NCBI GenBank assembly: GCA_001179505.1
Contig: CDMY01000300.1
Location: 1-64,000, forward strand
Direction of reading: 5' to 3'
From: Vitrella brassicaformis CCMP3155
Taxonomy: Eukaryota; Protista; Chromerida
DNA length: 64,000 bases
The notes below the pieces were generated by a model. The model was given only the letters and a program-made list of their open reading frames with translations. It was not told where the DNA came from and searched no databases. A program made the translations under genes and the position numbers. This document shows positions 12,872 through 26,000 of the stretch, one piece after another (positions within the stretch are counted from its first letter, which is position 1; each line of letters starts with the position of its first letter).

Positions 12872-15652
12872 TCATGATGCCTTTGTCCACGGAATGGCTT
12901 TGAGATGTCTCTCCACCTCATTAAGAGCCTGCATCACATCTGATTCAGCCGCCGGCACGCCACCCAAGTACACACATGGCTGCGACCCGCTCTTGAGACA
13001 ACACACGCCACACGTCAGCAACTGAAGCGACAGTATACGGGGCACATGAGACACGGAGGGATCTCCGGCTGTGCTCAAGCCACAACTCACCGCAGTGAGC
13101 AGGAGGGAGGTGGTGAGGAGGGGCGTCTCGTCCTCTTCGGATTCGCTCGAGTCAGCAGAGGGAAGGGGCGCGAACATAACACACACGGCCTGCATTGACG
13201 AAGAGATGGAGGCACACAGGCAGATGGATGTGGCAACGAGGGTGCATCTGATGGGCGGACCGACCTTTGTAATGTGCGGCGAGATGGATTTGATGGCCTG
13301 TGCCGGGCCCACTGCACCTGCAGCCTTCCGCATAGCCCACAACAAACCCCCCTAAGGGATGCATACACACAGACAAACACCGAAAGAACCATCGTGGACA
13401 AGCGGCCCATGGGCAGATTGATTGTGTTGTGTGCGCCCACCTTGCCGGATTGGCCGCTCTCGCCTTGCCGTGCCTCTGTCGGCTCGCCCGTCTCTTTGGG
13501 GCTCGCCTTAGCCAGTGGGGCAAGGAACAGCGGCACATCTGGCAGGTCAGTCTGCGCAAGAGTGCAAGAACAAGACACAGAGAAAGGGATCTTATCCACT
13601 GGTCCTGGACAGAAATGTCTCTGGCGTATCTATCGCATGAATGCGATGCGTAGCTGTCTGTTGCGTTGCTTGCCGAGAGTGCGTCGATGGTTTCTGTGTC
13701 GTGTGGGTGTGTGGGCTGGATGAGGCAGCCCAGCCCCTTGGCTGCTTCATGGACAGACACAAACGTCTTGACCTGACGTGATGCCACCCACGGCACAAAG
13801 GCAATTAAACGAAGCGGAAGAGCATGTGCACATACATTAGGACAGAAGAAGAGGGGTGTGTGTATGTGTGTATGTATGAGGGTGCGTACGAGCTGTTCTC
13901 GCTCTATCTGTTTCCCGGCCTCCACTTCATATGTGGGTGACTCCTCCTGCTCTTCCTCGCCTGGCGGTCCGCTCCACCCGCTGCCTCCGGTGTTGATGAC
14001 AATCGACACGTCTCTGTCGGCCGCCACGGTGTCGATCGCTGCACGAATGGCTGCAACACCCTTCTCTGCATACACAGCATCATGCAAGCAAGGCCAGCAC
14101 AGATGCGGTGAAGTATCTTTACACGTGTGTCTCTTTGTCTTGTGTGTGTGTGCACCGAGGCTCTCCGGCACGTGTGGGATGCCATCGACCACCAGCTCCT
14201 TTGTCTTCTTGTCTGCCGTCAGCTTCTTGGCGATCTCCTCGCGGATGGCTCGCGCAGCGTCCACACAGTCCAATACCGATGGGTGGCTTGGCTCAGCGGC
14301 ACCCTCCCCGCCTCCTTCTACCTCTGCGGCACCCTCCTCGGCTGTCCGTGCTATCATGGATATCGACAGGCCTATCCTTATTGAAGTGTTCTTCAAGGGA
14401 GATGGCTGAGGCGGCAGATACGCACAGGAAAACCATGCAGCTGTCTGTTTGATGTCTTGTCCTGTCCTTTGGTTGGGTATCTACCGGTGCTGCAGGCATG
14501 ATATCGAAGAGGATGGCTGGCCAGAGAGGCTTCCACTTGGTGAGGCAGTGGTGTGAGGCCCATCCGCATGGGAACGCATCGCTGAACGGTGATGGCTTGT
14601 CGCCCTCCGACGTGTCGTCGGCATGCCAGTGCAGCCACTGAAGCAACACTGATATACACCGTCGGAGACACAGAACAACCCGATCGGTGCTCGCTGTGTG
14701 TTATCATGCAGTCAGTACCCACCGTCGAATGGCTGGGTGAGATTAAGGGCGTTGGCGGACATGGCGAGCAGGATATCCGTGAGGCGCCACGCCACCTCTT
14801 CTCTATGCTGCATCCGTGAGTTGACAGCTTAAATGGCGTACGTACCAGGGGCCACGCAGGCGTCACCCTCTCACCTCACCTGTATCGCAGCCTCTCTCAA
14901 GAAGCCATCCAGCCTGATGCCGGCCGCACATGGCCATGATTGACACTATTCGTGTGTGGCACTTCTCGCCTGCCCATGGTGTCTTCCACTTCCTTACTTG
15001 TTCTCCATGACGTCAAGACGCAGCACATCGCATCCGCCCACAGCAGCGTTCAAGCTCCCATTCATGAGCGCCACAACCTCCTCCATGGAGTAGTCCTCCA
15101 CCTGTCCCTCACCCCCGGCACCATCCTCATTCTCCTTCTCCCCCTGTCCCTCCCCGGCCGCTCTCTCCCTCACTGCCATGCGACCAACAAGCCCAGAGAA
15201 ACATCCCTCCATGAGAATGACCACACCCCCACGGACAGATACCCTGCCGGTGACGTGCAGATCCCCAGACTCATGATTGGCCTGCAACCACAGACGATAA
15301 GTGAACAATAAACATGGCATTGCATGTCAGTAGTTTTGCTCAGTGCTACTTTACCTGGACAGTGAGGGCGGGGCCGCTATCTGCATCCGGGAGCGTGGGG
15401 CGCGTGCTTGAGGGAGCAGAAAGGTTGAAGCAGTGCGCAGCGAGGACAGAGAAGGGGTCGGAGGGCAGGCATGATGTCGTCAGGAGCTTGTTGAGAGCCG
15501 TATTCAGGCCATCCTCCACCTACAGACAGACAGGTGACAACACAGGAGGCATTCAAACAGCTCAAAGCATGTATGAGGTAAGCATTGCTTACCTTGTGCT
15601 TTTGCAGATAGGCTTTGACCTGGGTGGGGAGATAGTCTTCGTCTTTCACCAT
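12872..15652 (-). CDS. Multi-exon enolase-fold protein, ENO4-like and probably non-catalytic, with an N-terminal RIIa/Dpy-30-like docking segment
   Basis: The N-terminus reads MVKDEDYLPTQVKAYLQKHK|VEDGLNTALNKLLTTSCLPSDPFSVLAAH. Later segments parallel enolase order: AAIRAAIDTVAADRDVSIVINTGGSGW; TYEVEAGKQIEREQLV|KTFVSVHEAAKGLGCLIQPTHPHD; SSESEEDETPLL...VYLGGVPAAESDVMQALNEVERHL. Confidence 0.55.
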
Positions 15653-15756
15653 CGCGTGCTCCAAGGGGGATGGATCGTTAGCAGTCTCCGGCCGACGCCC
15701 CCAAGAAGCGTTTTGTCACGGTGACTCGAACCCGAGAAAGCACCAGTGCATCCACG

Positions 15757-17862
15757 ATGTTTTCTTTCCTTCGGGCCAGCATTCCGCTTCTACTTGCGGC
15801 GACGGCAGCCCGCTGTCAAGCAGCAACCGTCAATGAGACGACCCTGTGCCGGTCCTCCGCCATTGCAGACGTGTCGAAACATGACTGGCGGGCGAGCTCG
15901 AGTGCGGCCACCAACACGAGCATCCTGGGCCTGGATCTCTGCGGGATAGCAGACGGTCCCGTCATCATGAACGCACTCTTCATGTGAACGCACGCATGGA
16001 GCCACAACCATGCATGCCGTTTGCCTGCATGCGCGTCTTTCTCTCGTTTGTGCGTGTGTGTCTTGGCGTGTGGGGCAGTGCGATTGGCCACAACATCGAT
16101 GTGGGTCCTTCCGTCCAGATCCTCAGAGCCTTCAAATTCATATGCCGCCTCGCCGGCAACGGCCTGAAACAGCTGGACAAAGACACAATGAAGCTGGCAA
16201 ACGCCCTGAAGAACGAAAGCGGAAAAAAGCAGGCGAAGGCGCTGGATGTCACTCGCCGAAGCGTAGACATGGTATGAAAAGCCCTGAAGCACTTCGGCGA
16301 GACACGCACAAACAAGCGACCATTTCATGCACGTACGTGTCTCTTCGGTATGTATGCAGTGGGCGAAAGAAATCTCATTTGCAATGCGTCATATTACCTC
16401 CAAGACGCGGCGCGGCTTGAAGGACGAGATCTGCCTGAGGGACTGGAACCGACCGGAGGGACAGGTAGGCGATCTTCTCACAGCGGGATGACATGGCCGG
16501 ATGTCCTCGTGCAGGAGTGTCCCAAGGAAATGCCGCGGCTGTGTGCCTTCGGGTATGAGTGCTCCCTGTCAACTTCCAAGTGCGTTCAATATCAGTACAT
16601 CACCGCGGTGAGGGCACACGTCAGCTTAGTTGAAGACATACTCAGGCTGCCTTGTTGCTTCCGACGTTCCCCATGGCTGCAGATGGACACAATCGGCGCC
16701 CCGATCTACGTGCTGTCGTACCTGATGGCCAGCCCCGTGTTGCTACCGGGCTCCATGACAGCCCGCACCGTGGCCTGGTTCTTGAGGCACAAGTACCTCT
16801 TCTACGAACTTGCACAGATACACCAGGAGGTCAGCTTACTAAACCAGCCGCCCACCGACGACGGACACACGACGTCGGATAACCACATTGGCTTTCATGC
16901 TGGTGTGTGTGCAGGTGCATGATGAGGTATTTCATGAGCTGCCCAAGACGAGGGGGGTCATGTTCGAAGACGACCTCGACCAAATGGCCCAGCAAGTCAC
17001 AAAGCTCGCGTGAGTAAGCCATACATGCACCCCGTGCCAGCACGCACGCACAGCGGGAGACACAACAAAATACATCTCAGGACTCGGCCACCTGCCCTCC
17101 CTCTGTCTGTTCGTGTCTCCTCCCTCCCTCCCTCCCTCCCTCCCTCCCCCTGCCAGTTGGCTTGGGTGGATCGTGTCGTCGGGACTTCCCATCTACGCCA
17201 CCATCCAGGTAGACAGTAGAGCAGAAGGGGGCCGGCCGGCCTCACGTGTGTTCCCAACCCCCCCTTCATGCAATGCAATGCACCCACCTACCTACCTACC
17301 TCCTAACACATGCTTTGTGTTTTCTCCTCCCAGTGGCTCATCATTGGCCCCAGTGCCCCGAGGTCAGCCAGCCGCACTAATGCATTTGGGTGGGGTGGGT
17401 GGATGCGAGCATGCCTGGTGGTGCAGCACTCTGGCGGCCGGTCTGTCTCTGTGGGATTGGCTTGAGAAATGGGACGAAGTCATTTGGTCCAAGGTCACAG
17501 ACGCATGTGCCTCGGCAGTCAACCACATCACGGAGAAATTCGTCGAGATCGCGGTGGGCGAGGAGGTGATGGCTTTCATAGCGGCCGAGGAAGCAGAAGC
17601 GGATGGGCAGCACGAGGCCGTCGTCGAGGGACCGCTGAAGGATATATTCCGGCTGAAATTCCACAGGGAAGACTGCGTCTACACCGACACACACGCGCCC
17701 AAGAGTTTGGTGCCTTCCCGTGCCTCCGGCCCCGTGGGCTGCCCTCTAAATGATGAATTCAAGGATGCGGATCGAGAGCTGACGCAGCGGGGGAAGGAGA
17801 TGCGGTCTGGGATCCAGCGTCGGCAAGAGGCCGTGGAAAGAGAAGAGTTGGGCATGCAGTGA
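15757..17862 (+). CDS. Multi-exon hypothetical protein with a predicted signal peptide
   Basis: MFSFLRASIPLLLAATAARCQA is hydrophobic with an AxA cleavage-like site. Successive GT-AG-bounded coding segments end ...EREELGMQ*. Confidence 0.55.
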
Positions 17863-18189
17863 GGGAGGGAGGGGAAGCGGGAAGGCTTGACAGATTGGGA
17901 GAGATTGAGAGAGACACTGTCTGATGCGAGAATGCTGAGAATTCGAGTTCATTTGATGATCCAGCCGTGCGAGGAGTCCCCACATACATTGCTAGCTACA
18001 CCTACAAGCAAATGTCTGCACCGCACCCATGTATAGATAGTATAAGCGATGAGGTGGCAAGGCAACCGATCGGTAGCACAACAAACTACAGCGTCTCCCT
18101 CGCTCTCTGCCTTCCCGTCTGTCTCATCTGCTTGCCTATGCATGAGTGCTATCTGGTCTCTGTTCTGTCTTGTCGTATCGTGTATGTGC

Positions 18190-19408
18190 TCAAGCCTCGG
18201 CCTTGAAGAGCTGGTTTGCTGGTGGTGCAGGGGGCATGGGCATGGCTGCGGGCGGACTCTGCCAAGTGGCCAGCATGTCGGCATTGGCGCCCAGCCGATA
18301 AATGGTCATCGGGTCCATGTGAGGCGACAGATCGGACAGAGAATCCCACCACGGATATAGAAACCTGCACACAGGCATACAGAGAGCGGTGTGTGCCTGG
18401 GGTGCATTGTGTGCCTGTCCGTCTGTCTGTCTGTCTGTCTGTCTGTTTCCCTTCCGCCCCATTGACTCACTTGTCGATGATGAGTTTGCACCAGGGTGTG
18501 ATGAGCAGCTGCCCCTCTTCGCACTGCCGCGCCATATCGCGCATCGCTGGCTGGTCGACCCACCTCACCGCCTCCACCTCGTTGCTGTTCGGCACAAACG
18601 ATATCTACATTAACAACACACATTCAGGGCAGGACATTGCCCTGCTGCGCTGTCCTTCCCTTACATCAGCGAAGGGCCTATCGTCTTGTGCGATGAGAAT
18701 GTAGTCGATCTCATGTTCGCCCCACTGTGGGTCAGTGGGGGACTCGGCACAGTAGTGCAGCCGCGTGAGGTACGTCATGACTGTATCACCACCTTTCAAT
18801 GACAGCCCCAACTCGTGCTGCAGCTTCCGCACCGCAGCTCGCTTGGCGCCCTCCACCGGCCTGGCTGGCTGGCTGTCCCATCCCAGCTCCTCTGTGCAAT
18901 AGAGGGGATGACTGCAGCACGTGTTGGCCCAGAACAGGGGGAAGGTCACCTTGGCGGCCGCCCGCTGCTGCAGCAACAGCAGCCCATCCCGGTCGAACAG
19001 GAACACGCTGAATGCCCTGTGCAGCAAAGGGCCCTTGGCCGTCGCGTGGGTGTCTATCTTGGAGGCGGGGCCGAGCACATTGTCGTCTTTGTCGACCAGG
19101 ATGACACGCTCCTGCATCAGGGACGCTTGAGTGGGATCCATAGCCATACCTCCTGGTGGTGCTGTTGCTGGTGGTGCAGGGGCAGTGCCGGTGGCCATGC
19201 ACCGAAGGCGGCGATGGATGTGAGCACCAATTTGCTGCAGCCTGGGCAAAGGCGCCGGGTGCTGGAAAGAAGAGTAGAGCCGTCGGTGGAGCGTGTGGAT
19301 GCGCGGTAGATGGGAGTGCGGCAGACTGAGGGGGGGAATGAGTGGGGCGGCTGCAGATGGTGTGGATGTGAGTGCTGCAGTCGCTGTCAACGCACGATGA
19401 GTCCACAT
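18190..19408 (-). CDS. IDI1: Isopentenyl-diphosphate delta-isomerase, type I (Nudix fold), 3 exons, with N-terminal extension
   Basis: ERVILVDKDDNVLG, LLHRAFSVFLF, LLLQQRAAAKVTFPLFWANTCCSHP, AAVRKLQHELG, WGEHEIDYIL, PNSNEVEAVRWV, ITPW, FLYPWWD. Confidence 0.95.
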
Positions 19409-19452
19409 TAATCAGATCTGCATCACTTGAGGGGAGAGGTCTGCGAGCCTTG

Positions 19453-19467
19453 ACAATCCGTGAAACC
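19453..19467 (-). promoter_or_regulatory. Candidate promoter element GGTTTCACGGATTGT (core GTTTCACGGA)
   Basis: Identical 15-mer at 37177-37191 (+), 75 bp before the FIP1 ATG. The 10-mer core also occurs at 8804-8813. Confidence 0.4.
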
Positions 19468-19562
19468 GCTCTCTCTCGAGCTGAGCAGACGAACAACGCA
19501 TCTTTCTGAACCAGAAGCATCATAAGTTTTCGCCGCTATCCATCCCCCTTTCCCTTCTATCG

Positions 19563-20451
19563 ATGTCCTCAGCAGCCGCCGGGTCGGCGCCGGCGAGTCA
19601 GTACGACCATTTGTTCAAGCTGCTGCTCATCGGCGACAGCGGTGTTGGCAAGAGCAGCATCTTGCTGCGGTTCACCGACGACGAGTTCAACGAGCGGCAG
19701 CTGTCGACCATCGGGGTGGACTTCAAAGTCAAGTACATGTCCCTCAACAACAAGAGGCTCAAACTCGCCATATGGGACACTGCTGGGCAGGAGAGATTCA
19801 GGACCCTCACCAGCAGCTACTACAGGGGCGCCCAGGGGATCATTCTCGTCTAGTGAGGGAGATGACCACCACACAACTCCCAACCGACTGACTCACCCTG
19901 TGTGCATGTGTCGTGTGTGTGTTTCTGGTAGTGACTGTTCGTTGCGGTCAACGTTTGACAACCTCAAGTCCTGGCTGGAGGAGGTGCGCAAGTACAGCAC
20001 CAACCAGGACGCCGTCAAGATGCTCGTCGCCAACAAAATCGACAAGGTATGTATCACTGACCGACACACGCTCACAGTGCAGTGCAACACACTCGCCATG
20101 TGTGGTTGGTTGGCGCATTGCGTATCGATCAGGCGTCGGCGCATGGCGTGTCGCGAGCGGAGGGTGAGGAGTTTGCGATGAGCCACAGCATGCTGTTCAT
20201 CGAGACGTCAGCCAAGACCCGCAAGGGCATCCACCAGGCCTTCGAGGAGGTCGTCCTCAAGGTCCTCGACACACCCTCTCTACTCGCTAACACACAACCA
20301 ATCGGTACACACAGCACAGCACAGCACAGCAAGCACATCACAGCGGCTGGAGCACACTCCTGTGCGTATGCCTGGTGTGTCATGTGTTGTGTCAGGGGCG
20401 CGTCTGGACTCTGCAGAGGGCGCCAGCAAGCCGTCCTCAAGCTGCTGTTGA
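19563..20451 (+). CDS. RAB18: Rab GTPase Rab18 (4 exons)
   Basis: [79 protein letters not shown]; C-terminal SSSCC prenylation motif. Confidence 0.95.
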
Positions 20452-21319
20452 GCAGGCAGGCCCCGATGTTCCTTTGCCCATAATCCCCCAGTGAGTCGGT
20501 CAGTCATTTTGGCGTTTTTGGGTGGGGACGTCAGTTGCTGGTTAGTCAGATGGAATGCAGCGGTGAGGCTGCCTCCATCGCAGCCAGCTTGCGTGACGAA
20601 GTGTCGAGTTTGGCCACCGGTGTCGACACTCACTCACTGGCGGGATGTATGTCTGTGTGGCGCCAGACATCTGTCTATCGCACGTGTGCATGGGTGTGCG
20701 TGGTTGATGGATGGATGGATGCTGCTCGGCATCGAGCACAGACAGACCGACTTGCCTGCCTCATTGATTGTACATTAGCCGACCTGGACGGTGACGATCG
20801 TCAAACGTGTGCACGCACCGCACCCTCTCATGACGGTCCACACATCACACGCACAACCACGGGGGGTGAGAGGGCAATGCAATGCAACTAACTACTGGGG
20901 CTGTGTGTTCGCGATGGTCTCGTGTCTATCGCCGCCCCAGCCAGCCCCACACACCTACGTATCTATCTGTGTCAGTCAGTATATAGTGGGACAAAAAGGC
21001 AGCCACCGAGTACCCAAAAACCACCAGGCCCCCCCCACAGTCACGCAAGTAGCTGTAAGGGTTCCAATTAGCCTCCGTCGGTCTAAGTTAGACACACGTA
21101 CTCCACCCCACCTCAGCCCCCGCTCGGTCTGTCTGTCTGTATCTGTGTGTGCCCCAAAAGCAGCCCTGGGGCATCGCACCGCACCGCACCGCACCATCCG
21201 ACCGACGGAAGGCGATTGAATTAGTCAGTCATGACCACATGTCGTGAAAGCATGAGCGAGTAATTCCGTCCGTGTGTGTGTTGTGCGCGTATGTACACAG
21301 AGCGCACGGCATTCAGTGT

Positions 21320-22818
21320 CTAGAGTTCGTCCTTGTCCTTCTTCCTGTCGCTGTCGTCTTCCTCCTCATCCTCGTCGTCAGCCGACGATATCAACACACC
21401 CTTAATTAACACGTACAACACACGTAGACACACACGTGCCACACACAAACGTCTGTCTGTCTGCTGTCTGGGTGTTTGGTTGGTTGGTCGATGTACCTAC
21501 CTCGTAGGCCAGCCAGTAGTCATCGCTGCTGGGCTTGGACACCATCGCCACGGCGACCTCCTGGTGGCCTGACAACACGCACAGCAAACACATCCCATGC
21601 AGATATATGGGCATGGCCAGTGTGGTGTCTGTGGATCTCTCTCTCTCTCTCTCTCGTTCCCGCAGTTGCGTACCAAGGATGGGGCATCGGGGGCAGTTGG
21701 CCTGGGTGAACCTGACACACACACAGACCAACGGCAGCCAGACAACAGGTGTCCATCGGGTCCACACTCGGCCTTGAGATCTGCACGTGTGTGGCGTTGA
21801 TCTCTCACTTGTGTTTTGCAGTCGTCCTGAGGTATCCAGGGAGTCCCTCGTGTTTGAGGGCCACCTTCTTGCCGCGCTCCCACACCTCGGCCTTCTTGTC
21901 GCCGCACTCGACAATGAAATTGTCGCCCACATCTCCCACTCCACTACTACCAAACACGCTCACCTGACACACACACATACACACACACGAATGGCAACCA
22001 ACAGCCATGTGTTGTGCTGTTTGCTGTGGCCACCCTTCATTGATAATCGACCCATGTATGTTGCCCGCCGTCCGCACCTCTTTCATGCCCGAGACGGGCG
22101 ACCGCCACGCGTGGCTGTGTACGTTCTTCTCCGTGTCGAGGTGCTCGAGGCGAATGACGTCCCCACACTTGATGGGTGCGCCGGTGTGGCAGCCGGGCAG
22201 GTTCATGCCCTCCTTGACCAGCCACAACAAACTGCGGTCCGCCTCATCGCTCTTCTGAGCCGTCTGCAGAGCACACACATACACGCCCACAGACATGACC
22301 CACATACGTACGGTTCTGCTCGTTCAAATGGGAGTCGTGGGTCTGTCTGTTTGAGCTACCTACCACAGCTTGCTGCCCACTGCCCGAGCCCCAATTGATG
22401 CCCGCAGAGAACAGCCTGCGCCCAATACAAAGACACAGATCAAGCGACGAAACCCACAGTGACAGTCGTCTGCGAGACGGATCTCCCTCTTGCTCTTCAT
22501 CTGTGTCGTCACTGACTTGAATCCTGTGTCGGCGTGTTTGAGGTAGATGGCGCTGCCACACGTGATGGGCTTGGCACCCACACCGCCAGGCACTTTGCCG
22601 CCGAACCAGTCTACCAGGGTCACGCACACGCACACCAGCACCAGCCCGATGCTGGACAGGCCGATTGAACCTTTCCTGCGCCACACGCGGCGTCTGCACG
22701 AGCCGCAGCGGCTCTCGGGATCCCCACGCTGTCCGCTCCCCGCCTGTTGACGCGAAGCTGCTGATGGCGGATCTCTCGCGTGGCGCAGAGGCCGAGCGAC
22801 TGCTTTTCTATGCTCCAT
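21320..22818 (-). CDS. SDF2: Stromal cell-derived factor 2-like MIR-domain ER protein
   Basis: ITCGSAIYLKHADTG, GSGSGQQAVVG, PIKCGDVIRLEHLDTEKNVHSH, SVFGSSGVGDVGDNFIVEC; acidic tail ending KDKDEL*. Confidence 0.9.
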
Positions 22819-23010
22819 GCTGTACGCTGGAGCTGCTACAGGTGCTGAAAGATCTTCTTCACTCCTTCCACGTCACAACCGCGATCCTGGCATTTTGCCA
22901 ACTGGCCGATGAGGCTGGCCGCGCGCTTTCAGATGGATTCGTGACGTTTGAATGCTTGAGTGGAGGTGGAGGATGCCCAGCCACGGCGGCAAGGCCTGAT
23001 CAGGGCCACC

Positions 23011-26000
23011 ATGGCGCTCATCGGCATAGGCGGGTCGTCCATGATGGTGCCGGAGCACCATTCTGCATCTGCCGCCACGCCCAACGGCCATCCCATTCCC
23101 TCTGCATCGACATACCTCTACCCGGCTGCATCCCCATCGCATAGTCATCATGGCGGCGGCTCGGGGCAGACGATGAGCTCGAGTAGCATTTTGTACAGCA
23201 AGAAGGTGCCGGTGCGCATCAAGGCGCCTGACAGGGAGGACCACTGCGCATCGCTCGACGTCAAGGTGGCGCTGCAGGCGGAAAGTAGCCAACAGGTAAC
23301 TAACCAGAGATGACATATATAGAAAGGCAACATCGCCATGGTGTTGTTTGTCGTGTGTGTATCGTACCGTACAGATGCTCTACGTGGAGCTGACCAACGA
23401 AGCCGACCCGTAGGCTAGGCAGCCTTAAGGCAGAGATGGAGGGAAGAGCGCCATCACATAATCTATGTGATATGCACTGTCTGTACGGGTGTGTGGTTTG
23501 TGTCTGTCAGGTATTTCCTGTACACGTTGCAGGTGAGTGAGTCGGACTTCCACGTGTTGAAGACCGACCAGCGCCTGCTGGTCGACTTCCAAACCTTCCC
23601 CTCCAAGTTCATCGAGCTACTGGAGGAGTGCCTCAAGGGCCAGCACTCGCAGCCGCTCACCGTCCCGCCCAGTCCATCGCCGCCACAGGCAGCATCCTCA
23701 CACACGCACCCGGCGCACAACGTGTCGACCGCTATCTCCTCGTATGCACCATCGTACCTGGCCCAGAAGTGAGTGGGTGCGGTGTGTGATGCACCACACG
23801 ACACGCGCATCGGCCTTCCTTTGTCCACGAATGTATGTGTGTGGGTGTGTGTATGTGTAGGTTTGTGGCCATATTGCTGTGCGGTCCCGGGAGTGGGCCT
23901 TCGCAGCCTGCAGGAGGGTCACCGTCGGGTGCGTCGTCGTCGTGTGGTGCGGTGCGTTGCGGGGAGGCGACGCTCAACCTGGTGGAGACCAACCAGTTCC
24001 GCGAGCTGACCCACCTCTTCCTGCGGCTGAGGCGCGGCAACGACGATGCCGTCAAGAAATACCTGGCCAAAAAACTCACCGAATTCAAAGTCAGCCAGCA
24101 CCTATACTAGACAGATGACGATGGTCTTGAGTGTGTATGGATGGATGTGTGTTGTCGTGTCGACCAGGTTCGTTGTGAGGACATGGGTCGTGAGCTGCAC
24201 ACTGCCGGCGAGACGCAGCGGAAGCAGAGCCACGACATAGACGACCTCACCACACGACTCAACAGCCTACAAATCGAACAGTGGGCGCAATACAACACGC
24301 ACTTGACATACATGGAAGGGTCACGTGTTTGGGGTGTGGGTGTGGGTGTGATATGTATGTGTCAGTGGTCGCATGAAGGAGAGTTTGTCAGCGCATCACC
24401 AGGAGGAGGTGGCCCGGCTCAAACAAATGCACATGCAGGAAATGCAAAAGATACAACAGGTCCGGTCCGCACACAGACAGCACAGGCATGTACACCGCCC
24501 TCCCACCCCCGGCTGCTGTGCCTTCCATATATCTCTTATGTGTGTATCAATCAGGTCGGCGTAGAGGAGCGTCAGGCAGCGGAGGGCCGCACCCAGCAGC
24601 AGATCGATGGCCTCGCCAAACGACTAGAGGAGGCCGAAAAGTCCAACCGGAACCTGCAGGAGAAAAAGTAAGGGATTAAGACACATACATACAAATTCAC
24701 GAGCGCAGCGCATGTCAGTATGGCAGTCATGGAAGTGTTCGTCTGTTGGCTCTCCTGCGTGTCTGCCTGCAGGGTTCAGCTGGAGTCGAGCGACCGGGAC
24801 CTGAGCCGCCGGCTGAAAAACTGCGAGAGCGAACTCCAATCAGCCAACGAACAGGTGAGGTGGAGTATACACACACAGAAAGGCACACGCAGGCCAGTGC
24901 GTGCATGAACAGCACAGCACGGATATCAGTCAGTCAGTGCATATGGCTGTCTGTGTGTGTATTCGTCGGTCCATCAGCTGCAGTCGTGTCGTGTAGAGGT
25001 GAAGGATTTGGAGAAGGTGCGGCACCAAAACGAGAAGAGCCTCACCGGACTTAACGAAAAAATCAAGGGATACATCGAACAGGTGGGTCAGGTACATTCA
25101 TGCTCAACCGGTCGGTCGGTCAACCACACACAGACCGACCAGACCAGAGGCAGCCACTCAGCCAGCGAGCAATGTTTGTGCGCGTTGTGTGTGTCGCTGT
25201 CTGTGTATGGTCGGTCGCATTCATTCATTCATCTATCAGTTGCAGTCCAAGGATTCGTTGCTGAGCAACTCCAACACACTCATAGACCAGCTCAGGTCAC
25301 AGAAGGTAGGTGAGCCAGCCGAGCGGAGGACGGTCGGTCATCCCATCATCTCGCGTATCTGTCTGTCTGTATGTGTGTAGGCATCGTTGGAGGATCACTT
25401 GTCTGAGGCCAAGGCGGCTCACAAGGAGCTCGAGGACAAGTTCCAAGAGAGCCTCAGAGAAATCAACAAGGCAGCCACCCTCCCACACACACACACACTG
25501 CTATACCTCTTCTGTTCGCATGTGTCTCTCTGCGCGTTTGTGCTGTGTGTGTCAGGGCAACGAGATCATCGAGAATTTGCAGCAGCAGGTCAAGAGCATG
25601 AAGGCCAAGAGCAAAGCCAAGTCAACCACCATCGCTGCCAACCAAAAGGTAAATACCGCCGTCACGTCACACACTATGTGTGTCTCCTCCCTCTCTGTGT
25701 GTGTGTCAGACGATCAACGAGTTGGAGCTCAAGATAGAGAAACAGAAACAAGACATCCAGCTGGTCGGTCAGTCAGTGGACGAGTGGTCACACATACACA
25801 CCCGCTGGCTTTCTGTGTTGTGGCTATGGTCAGTGTGAGAAGCGTCTGGTAGAGGCGGCGGCGCGCGAGGCGTCGCTCAAGGAGGACATCGAGAAGGAAC
25901 AACACAAACTCGCAGAGGCACAAAAGGCTCTCGCGGAAAAGCAAAACTGTAGGCAACCCATAAACACATGGATGGATGGATGGATGTGTGTGTGGTGCAG

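Noticed and set aside
13990-14080. IVINTGGSGWS resembling the MogA/MoaB TTGGTG motif
   Set aside because: The surrounding exons fit enolase-fold order better and no other molybdopterin-binding features are seen.
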